Notes under the pieces: generated by a model
Seen by the model: the letters and a program-made list of their open reading frames with translations, nothing else
What the model was told of the DNA's origin: nothing
Databases searched by the model: none
Program-made: the position numbers and the translations under genes
Assembly (NCBI RefSeq): GCF_006345805.1
Contig: NC_042999.1
Location: 103,292,001 to 103,356,000, forward strand
Source: Octopus sinensis
Taxonomy: Eukaryota
DNA length: 64,000 bases
Direction of reading: 5' to 3'
Shown here: positions 50,201 through 62,880 of the stretch, piece by piece
How positions within the stretch are numbered: position 1 is the first letter of the stretch
How the letters are laid out: each line of letters opens with the position of its first letter

Positions 50201-50984
50201 AGAAATTTTAATTCTATTATTCTGTAATAATATTTAATTAGTTCAAATGTACACAAATGCATAAAAATAATTTTTAATTCCATTACACACAGAAAAATAT
50301 GTAATATACTAACACACAGAGAAATTAAAATAAAACATGCGGGTGAAAAGAATCTCGTGGTATGAAGAATTAAGTGTGAAAAATCAACATAAACAACAGC
50401 GGTACAGACAACATTGAACCACAACGCAGCGTATGGTTGTCATGGTAGCAAGCTGCTAATGCTACACTGTCTCTTGATTGGCTAAAATTACCCAAATTTC
50501 CTAACTTTAATGCCGAATAACATCAGATTCTTTAATTTTCGAGATAAAGTAATTGACTGATCGTAATCAGAATTCACAGTTGCATCGATACACTAAAATT
50601 GAAAGTGATCTGACCAAAATTAAGGGCTCATTTATGAATGAGAAAGACTAGATCCCATCGCGGATTTTTCTGGCTAATATATGTAAATTTAGATTGCGGT
50701 CGATAGGTAATTATATATTTTTAGGTTTTAAATATTTCCGTGGTAGAATATACATTTTCACGCCTAAAAATTAAAAAATTAATAAATAAAAATACAGTAC
50801 AGCACTACAATGTATAACACCTTAATTAAGATATAGTGAAAGAAAACAGGTAGTGTACCGTAGATGAGTAAACAAAGAATCGCACATAATGCATGGAAAA
50901 CGAAACTCGAGAGGCATGTGTGCGGTGTTGCTTTATATTTATAATAAAATAAATATATACAAATCATTAAAAAAAATAGAGAGT

Positions 50985-51066
50985 ACAGTACTGTTTCTAC
51001 TTCGTGGATTTTCACCTATTGCGGGGAATTTTGGAACGTAATACCCGCGATAGTCGAGGATTCACT
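50985..51066 (-). mobile_element. Solo Tigger/pogo-like terminal fragment
   Basis: Reverse complement TA-CAGTGAATCCTCGACTATCGCGGG...ACGTTCCAAAA...GAAAATCCACGAAGTAG resembles pogo/Tigger MITE ends; no partner TIR found. Confidence 0.5.
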
Positions 51067-51230
51067 GTATAAATTTATATATATATATATATATATGAGT
51101 GCAGGGGGATAGAATAAGTCCTGTGGTCGATTTCTTCGACTAAAACCCTCTAAAGCAGTGCTCCATCATGGTCGCATTCAAATAACTGAAACTAGTAAAA
51201 TAATAAAAGATATATATATATATATATATA

Positions 51231-51535
51231 TCTTTATATATAAAACTGTAGTTGTGTGTGTGTCTGTCTACTCCATTTAACTTCCTAACTACTCTCACAT
51301 TTTGCGGTGTAGTTTAACCAAAAGCGGGAATCTTATAGTCGTGATTCATATCGAGCCCTTCTGGGTATTAGCGCGCCTCTACGATGAGTCTACGATTTAA
51401 AAAAAAAATTACCATAATTTTTCCCCATTTTTAATCCATTTTTCACTCGGTTTTATATAAAGGAAGTAACTCTCTAAAAATGCTTATATAGTTATTTCCC
51501 TTACAAACCCGAGCAACGCCGGGCGATACTGCTAG
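51231..51535 (+). mobile_element. Non-autonomous Helitron-like element (copy 1)
   Basis: Starts with TC after A and ends in CTAG before T; subterminal CCCGAGCAACGCCGGG hairpin; no TSD. Confidence 0.75.
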
Positions 51536-51681
51536 TATATATATGAGTGCAGGGGGATAGAATAAGTCCTGAGGTTGATTTCTTCGACTAAAACCTCTAG
51601 GGCAGTGCTCCATCATGGTCGCATTCAAATAACTGAAACTAGTAAAAGAATAAAAGATATATATATATATATATATATATA

Positions 51682-51985
51682 TCTTATATATAAAACTGTA
51701 GTTGTGTGTGTGTCTGTCTACTCCATTTAACTTCCTAACTACTCTCACATTTTGCGGTGTAGTTTAACCAAAAGCGGGAATCTTATAGTCGTGATTCATA
51801 TCGAGCCCTTCTGGGTATTAGCGCGCCTCTACGATGAGTCTACGATTTAAAAAAAAAATTACCATAATTTTTCCCCATTTTTAATCCATTTTTCACTCGG
51901 TTTTATATAAAGGAAGTAACTCTCTAAAAATGCTTATATAGTTATTTCCCTTACAAACCCGAGCAACGCCGGGCGATACTGCTAG
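51682..51985 (+). mobile_element. Non-autonomous Helitron-like element (copy 2)
   Basis: Essentially identical to copy 1. Confidence 0.75.
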
Positions 51986-52130
51986 TATATATATGAGTGC
52001 AGGGGGATAGAATAAGTCCTGAGGTTGATTTCTTCGACTAAAACCCTCTAGGGCAGTGCTCCATCATGGTCGCATTCAAATAACTGAAACTAGTAAAAGA
52101 ATAATAGATATATATATATATGTGTGTGTG

Positions 52131-52183
<53 letters not shown>

Positions 52184-52198
52184 TTATATGTATGGAGT

Positions 52199-52245
<47 letters not shown>

Positions 52246-54786
52246 GTACGTAGGTAGAGAGATATCCTGTCCCTTATATACTTATACAGATACATTATAT
52301 AAACGTACATACATACATACACACACAATCACACTTTGTTTTGGTCGGTTTGTCGAGGAGGAAGCGCAACGCTGGAGTGAGATAGTCAGACGAAAAGTGC
52401 TGATTGCTTTGATGATAGGAGGTCAGTACGAAAATAACAATAAAATTACCAAGAACACCACTGCCAAATACTACTACTACTATTACTACTGATATAGTCT
52501 CTAATGCTGTACCTAGTCAAAATGAATCAATAACATTTTCTTGGAAGTCGATAATGTCATTCGGAAATTCCTGACTACTTCATTATTCTGTTTCTTTCCT
52601 CCTTTAAAAGAGTCTCATTATGCATAGTCAGAAAGTAATCAATATATTTTTCGTAAACGTAGAGGTGGCTGAAGCAACGCCGCTCCAGATTGAAGGTTCC
52701 GTAGAATTTCATTTCTTTTTGCCAGGACCATCCAGTTCAAATCATATTAGACACGTCTGTATCCTTAATGTATAGAGCTGTTGAAGTCATAACGTTTTTT
52801 GTGTCCTATACTAATATGTTTCTTGTATTTAAGGTAGAAGGAGCTGATTGTCTATCCTACATTGGCACATATTCTATAACTATCATCGTATAGATATTGA
52901 AATTCGTGTGAATATATTTGAGACCTTGCTTAACATTCTATCAGAATTCAAATAAATGGAATTTCAAATAGGCACAAATAAGCCACAAGTGATGTTTTCT
53001 GGGGATGTTGTAGTCTACAAGAAGAGGAAAAGTGCAACATAGTTACTATTAGCAGGGCCTGAGAGATGGTGATAGAGAGAAAAAACAGGAAGAAAGAGCG
53101 GCTCATAGGTTTGTTGCTGATAGAAATCAAAAAACCAACTGGTTGCATAGTTAAGAAGTTCGTTCGTTTTCGCAACTACGTGGCTTCACTTTTAGCTGCT
53201 CTACTTGATACACTGAGCAACAACTTTAATAATTCGGATCTACCAAAGTCATTTGATTGAAATTTACTGGAGGGAACTTGTGTGAAATTCACAGTAAGGA
53301 ACCTTTCAGAGGGGTCGTTCCTGCTTTTGGTAGACAATCTTAATCTGTTAACCGGTTTAACACCAGATATGGCCCATGTATGACTTTAGCGGAATTCACT
53401 CTATTGCATGCTGTTGGGTCGAGCCTCTATGCTGAGGATAATTTTAACTTTAGAGGCGCAAACAAGAGGTCAAAATGTCATGGATGTTTTCTCCTCCCTC
53501 TTCTCCTTCATCAATAAGAAACAATTAAAAAAATTATCAAGTTATCTTTGTACATGACACCTTTCCAAATATTTACCGAAGCCGGGAGCGATTCATAAAG
53601 CTCATAATTTGACAAACTGTTGAGTTCAGTTCCCCTGTGGGAACAATTGTCTGCGACAAACTATGGTAAGAATGACTTTTTTTTGCCCAGCAATCATACG
53701 TAAATCGTAGGTAAACACTGGTTACTTAGGTTATTACCATTTGAAAAAGAATTAGATTTTGAGCTGGCTTAAAAATATTGTTTAAATAATCAACTTAATT
53801 TCTGAAATTGTATGGTCCGAACTAAATGTCTTTCACTATTTATTTGTGTATCCCTGAGTTGAGTTCAAATCCCTGCATCACGATGAAATAAGTACCAGTC
53901 ATGTACGGATACAGATTTAAACAATTATATACTTTCTATAAAATTGTACAAGACTTTCAATTACAATTAGAAATCAATATTCTCTTCCCAAAATGTTAAA
54001 CAATAATACAACTGGGGGTTAAATAAAGGAGATGTTATTTTCAATAAAGTTATGTAAACGGTTATTAAAAACGTGCTCTACATTTAGCCGATCGATCTTT
54101 GCTTCTAAACATCGTTCAATGTTCACAGATTCTATTTTTGTCATTTTTTTGTTATCTTTATTGTTTTAGATAATGTATAATTTTGATAAAGTAAAATTCC
54201 AAGTCTTTCGCATTTAAATAGATTTTCACCAGATTCTCTTTTATCATTTTCTCTCTGTATTTTCGATATTTTCTGTTATTATTTTCCATTCTATTTTGCA
54301 ATCACATTGTCTTGCCTTTATTTAACGAAATTAAATTCTAATAACGAGAATAAGTGTGATTCCCTTGGACAAAATGAAATGAGAATATCTAGAAACTATA
54401 TTTACTTTCCAAGAAGTTGATTAAGATTTTATCTGATTGTTTTGACTGGATTTTAAATAAAAATAAGTTAGCTTAATTGTTTTCCTAATCAAACACAATA
54501 TTTATTGAATTCAAACTTCTCTCTAGATACAGTTTGAATATTACTTCAGTCTTTAGTTTTTATAAAATAACTAGAATATTACTAGCGGGTGTTTTGAAGC
54601 GAAGTTTCATTTAAATGAATTTTATGTCTGAAAGACAGACGTGGTTATAATGTACTTTAAATAATAATGGCATGATTCAGAGTTCTGTTAGTGGGGCGAA
54701 GCGGCAGAAAACTGAGTATGTCATTAATACTTTATATTATCGAGTCCAGAAGGATGAAAGACAAACTTGAAAGAAACAGGAAAATG

Positions 54787-54838
<52 letters not shown>
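54787..54838. repeat. (AAT)n microsatellite
   Basis: Directly visible. Confidence 0.95.
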
Positions 54839-54839
<1 letters not shown>

Positions 54840-56060
54840 GAGAGTACCTGTGGCCAGTGAGAAAAATATTGGCTTCAAAGCTGAATGCAAGAAATATAAT
54901 CGGCAATAAACTCCTGCACAGTCGCAGCAGTTCGGTATGGTGCTGGAGTCCTGAATGGACAGAAGAGGAACTAAAAAGAGATGAGCAGGAAGTCAAGAAA
55001 GCATCTAACGATGCATGGAGTGGGTCGACCATGTGCAGACACTGATCGCCTCTACATGAAGGAAGGGGACTGGTAAGTGTGGAAGACTGCGTGCGTATCG
55101 AATTTGAGAGCTTAATGAGATATCTAGCCCAAAGTAAGGAAACCTTGGTAGCGAAAGTTAGGAACGAGAAAGTATTGAGAGCAGGGAAAAAGGGAAAACA
55201 AAGGAAGAAATGCCAAAAACAAAACTAGAAAACACAAAGGAGAATTACACAAGAAAGGACCACACAATCGATTCCATCTGACGACATCAGAAGTTGCCGG
55301 AAAAATAGGTGGGATTGTCTGATGAAAGACACCCTAAAAAAAGAGACCGAGAGCACTATACTGACAGTGCAAGATCAAGCTTTGGTCAAGAACTGGAGGT
55401 TCAACCTGAAGAATGAGCAAGTGTCTCCGCTGTGCCGCAACTGCAATAGAATGGATATCAAGAACGAATGCCCTAGATTTGCCCAAATCTACTACAAGTT
55501 GTGGCGACACAACCAGGTAGCGAAGTGCTACATTGGAAACTGTGCGAAAAGTGAGGGGTAGAGAGATGCAAGACGTCGTATGAGCACAAACCGTAGAAAG
55601 TGGATAAGTTGGAGATTAGCAAATTTCTCTGGTACTCTCCAATCCAAACAGATCAGGTGCTACAGCATAAGAGATCGGACTTAGTGGTGGTGGACAATGA
55701 GCGCCACATATGCTTTATAGTTTATGTTGCAAGAAGGAAGGCGAAAAGACAGATAGATACAACCCTCTTAAATATCAAATAGCTCGGCTATGGAAATTGA
55801 AGAAGGGGAATATAATGCCAATTATTGTTGGATCCTTAGGAACCGTATCAGAAGGCATCAAGAGGAATATAAAGGAAATTGGAATAGAGTGCCCAGTAGG
55901 CCTGTTACAAAAGTGTTTCCTCCTCGGCACGGCCAGAGTAATCAGGAAAGTATTAGACAGCTGAAAAGAACGAATAGTATGGTTCTGTAGGCTGCAGGTA
56001 AGCCCGCTACACATGCAAGACTTCAGGAGCAGGAGCGCCAACAAAACCTGTGATAAAGAG
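54839..56060 (+). mobile_element. 5'-truncated R4/Dong-clade LINE
   Basis: RKILASKLNARN...LKKETESTILTVQDQAL...SPLCRNC...HNQVA...SDLVV...IMPIIVGSLGTVS...LQKCFLLGTARVIRKVL. (AAT)n on both sides. Confidence 0.85.
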
Positions 56061-56118
<58 letters not shown>

Positions 56119-56119
<1 letters not shown>

Positions 56120-56527
56120 TTTGACCATAACCAGTTGAGCATGTCCCTTAGTGGCTGACGATATGTGCATCTCTGATCACGAGCAGAAGTAGTGGGGGAG
56201 AATCATAGCCATGTGTTGAGAGGGATTCTTTGGGGTTTGAATAATTCACCTCTGGAAACATGGGTGGTTCTTTCAACATCCTTAAACAACCCTTATTCAG
56301 GGACCTTTTGAGCGGGATGGGCTACTCAACCTGAAGAAAATTCTAACTGGCCCCACCTGCAAGGACATGTGCTGTTTATCTTGATATGAGATCACCATGT
56401 CGCGCACATATGGTTGTGATGCATGTGCCTGGTGTACCCTTATCAGACGGGTAGTCATGATGGGTATATTGGGCTTCGTATATTTTACCCCGGTGTCACT
56501 TTGATGGCATGCACTGCTCTCTCACTC
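56119..56527 (+). mobile_element. Family F non-coding element (5'-truncated), embedded in (AAT)n
   Basis: Homologous to 1-370 (reverse) and 57620-57883; (AAT)n on both sides. Confidence 0.8.
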
Positions 56528-56557
56528 AATAATAATAATAATAATAATGATGATAAT

Positions 56558-56852
56558 ATGGAAACTACGAAAGGTGGTGGCTAGTGAGAAGCAAGACGTG
56601 GTATGAGAACAAACCGTCAAGACTAGCAAAATCTGGGATTTCTCAATCCAAACAAATCAGGTTCTAGAGAATAACAGACCGGACCTGGTGGTGGTCGACA
56701 AGATGTACCACATGTGCCTTACAGTTGATGTTGCGTGCTTGTTTGACTCAGGAATAGTCAAGAAGAATGGCGAAAAAATAGATAAATACAACTCTCTTAA
56801 GGACTAAACAGCCCGGCTATGGAAAATGAAGATGGTAAAGATAGCGCCAATT
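56558..56852 (+). mobile_element. Short R4/Dong RLE fragment
   Basis: IWDFSIQTNQVLENNRPDLVVVDK...CLTVDVAC..D...KIDKY; follows an (AAT)n tract. Confidence 0.75.
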
Positions 56853-57189
56853 AAATGCAATTGTCAAGTAGTAATGAGGTTTTAAACAGGAGCGATATAT
56901 TCAAAATTGGTGAAACTTAAAATTGTTGAGGCTAAATTAAATATATAATTGTTACTGAATATGTTATTGTTATTTAATTACTGAACGGTTTCGCTGACAT
57001 TTGTTTATGTAGTTTTAATTCTTTATCCATCAGTTTCTACTAAAATAGAGACGCGAGGAAAATTGATAATAGAGAAACGAAAATAAACTTTGGAAACAGC
57101 AACGACGCCATAAGTTACGTGGAAACCATGAACGTGTTTTCAAGGGAGATAATCAGAGAAAGAACGTAAGATCGTAATACTTCATGTAA

Positions 57190-57394
57190 AGTAAAGTAAA
57201 TATAACAAATAATCCAGAACCCTTGTTCTGTACCGGATCGATCCCCAAAATCTAATCAGTTTGTGCCAGTTACGAGGCCAAACGTCTTTGAAAGTTTCAT
57301 CAGAATCCATCCAGTGGTTCTTGAGAGATCTTGTCCAAGGGCAAACAAACACGAATGAAAACAATACCTTCGCCTTCGCTAAGTCGGAGGTAAT
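57190..57394 (+). mobile_element. Helentron-associated (HINE/DINE-like) non-autonomous element 3' part
   Basis: Terminal hairpin TACCTTCGCC-TTCGCTAA-GTCGGAGGTAAT preceded by AAACAAAC and GATCCCCAAAATCTAATCA, typical of animal Helentron-N ends. Confidence 0.6.
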
Positions 57395-57399
57395 AATAT

Positions 57400-57548
57400 T
57401 AATAGTTTCAAATTTTGCCACAAGAGCAACCAGTTTGGGGGAAGGGATGAGTCGATTACATCGATCCCAGTGTTTCACTAGTTTAATTTATCGACCCCGA
57501 AAGGATGAAAGGCAATGACCCATGCGAAATTTGAACTCAGAACGTAGA
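57400..57548 (-). mobile_element. Nin-domain-like SINE fragment
   Basis: TTTATCGACCCCGAAAGGATGAAAGGC...TTTGAACTCAGAACG. Confidence 0.75.
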
Positions 57549-57619
57549 ATAATAATGATGATAATTATAATAATGATAATCATCATCATAATAATAATAA
57601 CAAAAATAATAATATTAAA

Positions 57620-57883
57620 GTAGATTCTCAACATCCTTAGACGACCCTTATTCAGGTACCTTTTGAGCGGGATGGGTTACTCGACCTAAAGAAAAATCTA
57701 TCTGGGCTCTACCTACAAAGTCATGTGCTGTTATCTTGATATGAGATCACCATGTCGCGCACACATGGTTGTGATGCATGTGCTTGATGTAGCCTTATCA
57801 GACGGGTAGTCATGATGGGTATACAAGGCTTCGTATATTTTGCTCAAATGTCACTTTGATGGTATGCACTGTTCTCTCACTCA
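57620..57883 (+). mobile_element. Family F element (5'-truncated), embedded in (AAT)n
   Basis: Matches 56275-56527; AAT-rich tracts on both sides. Confidence 0.8.
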
Positions 57884-58054
57884 ATAATAATAATAATAGT
57901 TTTTTTATTAACCACTAAGTTTTTCCAAATGTTTGAGGATAATGCAGGACAATATAGTGCAATGTCGGTTTATATAAAAAAAACGTTTAAACAATTAAAA
58001 CACAAAAACAAAACGCAAGATGTTTAAACATGATTAATTCTCTATTATTTTTTT

Positions 58055-59090
58055 TAAAGTGATGACACATCCGAGTGCTATTCGTGGGACCACCACAAAA
58101 CCACGCCCACCCTGATTACTAGGGTAGATACCGCTCCTCATGTTCCACCCTCAATCTGCAGGGGTATTCTCAGACCCTCTCCGTTCACTCGGATCATCCT
58201 TGCCCCTCCCATACACCTTTTAACATATTTGTTTCACGGCATCACTTTCCTCTCCACTACCTGTTTTTCTCTTTCAAGTGTAACTTGAGAAAGTTAATGA
58301 GGGTGTGGCCATAGTGAAGGCGTCAGCCTTCAACCTTTTTCAGTCGTTTGACTACACATCCTCTTTCACAGAGCAACCAGACAGATAAACATTACTTGCT
58401 CTTCCCAGCAAAAGAAATGCAGTGGGGCGAACTTCACAATAGTCTCTGCCGACAGCAGAAACCGTATTGCTCGAAACAACGGGTGTTCGACATAAATCCA
58501 GAACTCTGAAATGTTTGAATACTGGGCAAGTGCGTACAGAAAATTTCGTGTTCTGTGCGCATTTCGGACATGCCTGACTGACAGCATTTCCATGCCTGTA
58601 GAGTTTATCTCGTAAAGGTAATCCCAACTCGCACCATTGCACTGCCAGGTCACAGTTTCATGGATATTATCCATGGATCGCGGCCTGAAAGTCCTCCGGA
58701 ATAAACTAGTTAGTGATTTCATTCCGACGCCCAGAATCTCTCCGAGAACGGCATCGTTCTGTCCACCACTAACACAATATAGAACACCAAAGCGCTTCTA
58801 ACGACTGGATTGCCCGACTAGCAGAGGGCTGAGAGCACTTGACGACTCTTAAAATAACAGGTACCTTGCCTCGGTCTACACTTGATCCAGTATTGCAGGT
58901 CAGACAAAAAAAGGAACTGTAAAAAAGGGAGTCAAGCAGCCGATAACCACACCTACTTACTGTGAATGAAAAGCTACAGATGTCGCAATTTCAGCGCATG
59001 TCTGGACATCACAAGCCACGTCATTCTCAGTCCTCCACTCAACGCTGTTGACAACAAATGGAGCACCCAATAAATCTCTGTGATTTCAAG
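58055..59090 (-). mobile_element. Tx1/L1-clade LINE 3' fragment
   Basis: Minus strand: ICCQ...GGLRM...ALKLRHL, then W...LPLRDKLYRHG...CPKC...YALAQYSNISEFWIYVE (zf-RVT/CCHC-like), 3'UTR and a short A-tail. Confidence 0.65.
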
Positions 59091-61110
59091 CTTCCTGAAG
59101 CACAGCATGTCCGTGGGAATACAAATATCCAATCATACCGCTCTAATGGAGCACTGACCACAAAATATTAATATAACTGTAGGATTTTCCAAGCTGACTC
59201 ACTGTCACCTTTAATTCTTTGCACAGCCCTAATAACCCTTACAAGTGAACTTTATAGAACAGGGTATGGATATAAAATTGGCGCCAAGAAAAGAAGTCGT
59301 CTATTTTATATGGATGAATTAAAACTCTATGGCAAAGACGATAATGAACTTGAAAGACTACTAGGTACTGTGAAAGCAGTGATGAAATCGAGATGGAATT
59401 TGGTCTTGATAAATGTGCTAAGACCAGTTTCCAGAAAGGGAAATTGGAGACTTCACATTCAGTGATGTTGGATGTTGACACAATCATAAAAGAACTTGAG
59501 CAGGAGCAAACTTACAAATACCTCGGCATAAATGAGGATTCTGGCATTCAGCATACAAGCATAAAAGAGAAGATCAGGAGGGAATGTCACAGGAGAGGTC
59601 GAGCAGTCCTAAAATCCGAGTTAAATGCACGTAACAAGGTGTTAGCTATAAATTCCTTAGCAGTTCCGGTTGTTATTTACAGTTTCAAGGTGCTGGCAGG
59701 AAAATCCGTAAGCTGCTGACTTGCAATAAGATGCACTACACTAAAGTAGACGCAGGTCTTCTTTACTTACCCAGAGCTCAAGAAGGTCGAAGTTTGATCC
59801 AATTTGAAATCTCTTACAAAACCACCAAAATTGGACTGTCAAAATACCTTGAAAGATCTAATGACTGGATGCTAAAGCTCGTTGAAAATTACGAAAGAGG
59901 TAAGAAACTTCATTCTGTTATGAAGGAGAGCAAAAAATTTTCAAGTGAGTTTATGCATAGTACCCAGGTTGAACAGCATGATAGAAGTGAAACAGTTGTA
60001 GTTGCAAAGAAGGTGAAATCAATAGCGAAGCAAAATGTGTTTGAACAATTGACTGATAGGTGGGAACAAAAACCTTTGCCTGGCAAATATGTGGCCCGTA
60101 GCAAACAAGCTGATGTAGGCCAGAAGTACACCCATCAGTGGCTACGGAGCTCAGGGCTAAAGGCAGAAGGTGAAGGCTTTATCTTAGCTGCTCAAGATCA
60201 GAGCTTATTGACCCGGAACTATCAAGCAAATGTGATGAAAAATGGTGTTGACAAAGTGCCAATACTGAAACTATGGGATTGAAACAGTGGACCACCTAAT
60301 TTTAGCACCTGTAGGGTACAAATCAAGCCATGACAGAGTTGGCCAATATCTACATTAGATGAAAAATGGTGTTGACACAAAGTGCCAATACTGAAACTAA
60401 GGGATTGAAACAGTGGACCACCTAATTTTAGCACCTGTAGGGTACAAATCAAGCCATGACAGAGTTGGCCAATATCTACATTAGATAATGTGTCGGCATT
60501 ATAAAATCAAAGCTTCTGAAAAATAGTGCAGGCACCACCCTGAGGCTGTAACTGAAGAACATGTAACGATTCTTTGGGACTTTCCAGTATGTACAGAGCG
60601 GACCATCAAAGCAAATAAATCAGATATTGTTGTGAAAAACCAAAACAATAAACTCTGATTATTGATTGACATGAGCATACCCTGTGACCATAATATCTCG
60701 GCAAAAGGATTTTATAAGCTCAGAAAATATAAAGATTTGTTAATCGAAATCGAAAAGTTGTGGCATCTCAAGACGGTTAAAATAGCAGTGATTATAAGAA
60801 CACTTGGAGTTATTTAAGAAATGAAATTTCCATGCAGGAAATGAAAAAGATTGTTTTAACTGGCACGTCACGCGTACTGAGAAGAGCATTGTCTCTGAGA
60901 ATTTTTTTCCCTTTTCCTTTTTATTTTCTTTGTTTACTTTTTTATTTTTACCTTTTTCACTCTGTGTTTTACCCACTTTTCTCTATCACGTGCCTTTGTA
61001 AATGAACAACATGGTGTGTTTATTTTAATGGCCTACCTATGTATACAGTGCGTTTCTCTGCCCTAGGTGTCAGGAAGACATTTGGCAAGAAGTGAAAACA
61101 GAATTGAAAG
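59091..61110 (+). mobile_element. 5'-truncated R4/Dong-clade LINE (RT core to RLE)
   Basis: RIFQADSLSPL, LFYMDELKLY, MEFGLDKCAK, YKYLGI, NKVLAINSLAVPV, LYLPRAQEGRSL, GLKAEGEGFILAAQDQSL, RTIKANKSDIV, LIDMSIP. Confidence 0.88.
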
Positions 61111-61474
61111 ATGATAATGAAAATAAAAATAACGGTAATACTAATAATTTATAACTTAATCACAGTTTTAGCAACGTCATTAGAAACAGAGGTAACAACT
61201 GCAGTAATACTAACAGCAATACTAATGGTGGCATTATACTGATATATCATATCTAGATCTGTGAGAAAATGTGTTTAGTCGATAAATTGTAATGATTGAC
61301 GTTCGTGAATTCATATCTTCGTGTGCCCAATTTACATCTGTCAGAGAAAGTTGGCAGTTAATGCATAGCATGATTTATTAGTAATGCTAGTATTGATGGA
61401 GATATTGATACTCCCTAACAATGCCACCCATCAAAGAAATAATCAATGCTATGATGTATGCATGCATACATGCT

Positions 61475-61479
<5 letters not shown>

Positions 61480-61511
<32 letters not shown>

Positions 61512-61521
61512 ATCTCTACAG

Positions 61522-61578
<57 letters not shown>

Positions 61579-61664
61579 GATATGTGTGTGTGTGTGTGTG
61601 TTTATATATATATATATATTATATATATATATATATTATATATACATATACATACATATATATA

Positions 61665-61710
<46 letters not shown>

Positions 61711-61765
61711 ATACATATATATATATATAACATATACATACATATATTATATATATATACATATG

Positions 61766-61802
<37 letters not shown>

Positions 61803-61817
61803 TGTATATATATATAT

Positions 61818-61861
<44 letters not shown>

Positions 61862-61889
61862 ATATATATATATATATACATACATATAT

Positions 61890-61924
<35 letters not shown>

Positions 61925-62022
61925 GACGAATGGTTTATACCTGGTATCTTACTGGTAAGGCACGATAGCTTTCAGTGTTCGTCATGTATTTGGTTGATGC
62001 AGTAACTAATGAAAACGCGCGT

Positions 62023-62060
<38 letters not shown>

Positions 62061-62234
62061 ATATATATATATATATGCATTTATACATTCATGTATAATA
62101 TACATTTATATTTGTATGTATGTATGTATATACATATGCATTTATACATTCATGTATAATATACATTTATATTTGTATGTATGTATGTATATACATATGC
62201 ATTTATACATGTATGTATAATATACATTTATATT

Positions 62235-62274
<40 letters not shown>

Positions 62275-62420
62275 TACACATACGCGCACACGCACATACA
62301 CAGACACATTCACCTTTATGCAAAATATAAATAACAATGTAAGTGCGCTTATTTTTATTGGAAGTGCACACAGTCATTCAAACATGCGCATGTACATACA
62401 TACACATATACATACACATA
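61480..62420. repeat. Large compound TA/CA/ATCT microsatellite with short tandem units
   Basis: Directly visible. Confidence 0.9.
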
Positions 62421-62837
62421 CTTCTATCAATGTATTCACATTCATAACGCTATGATGACACGCCTTTTACGTGATTTATGATTATGATTATGTATAACTG
62501 TTATTGCTACTCTAACGCTACGAAAGATTTATTGAAACAGCAGTAAGGAACACGAATATTTGGAATGTGAATGAAATTTTTTTCCGTTATTCTTTCGAAT
62601 GCGGTTTGCTTACTTCATCCGTTTAAGCCTAAACAGCAATATATGTGCCATATGTATGTTACATGTGAAATTTTGGTGTTCAAGGTGATGTACTATCTAA
62701 ACTTTATATATTCTATTAAAAATGGATTATCTGACCAATATGACACCCTGTTTAGGAATAAAATATGATACTTCAAATGTAGCCTTCTTTTGCTGAGAAC
62801 GTTACGTGGTACAGCGACGCCTGCTGGGTTCGGCTGC

Positions 62838-62880
62838 TCTGCATTGATAAGGGGCAAATACCCTGAAACTAGTCTGCAGA
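62838..62880 (+). ncRNA. Minimal type I hammerhead motif with U3-A8 core variant
   Basis: tctgca-TTGATAA-gggg caaata ccct-GAAA-ctag-TC^tgcaga. Perfect 6-bp stem I, 4-bp stem II, palindromic stem III, GUC site. Confidence 0.65.

Larger units (their letters stand above)
51095..52105 (+). repeat. Tandem array X-H-X-H-X (period ~450 bp)
   Basis: ATGAGTGCAGGGGGATAG restarts at 51095, 51543 and 51993. X is a SINE 3' fragment; H is a Helitron-like element. Confidence 0.9.
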
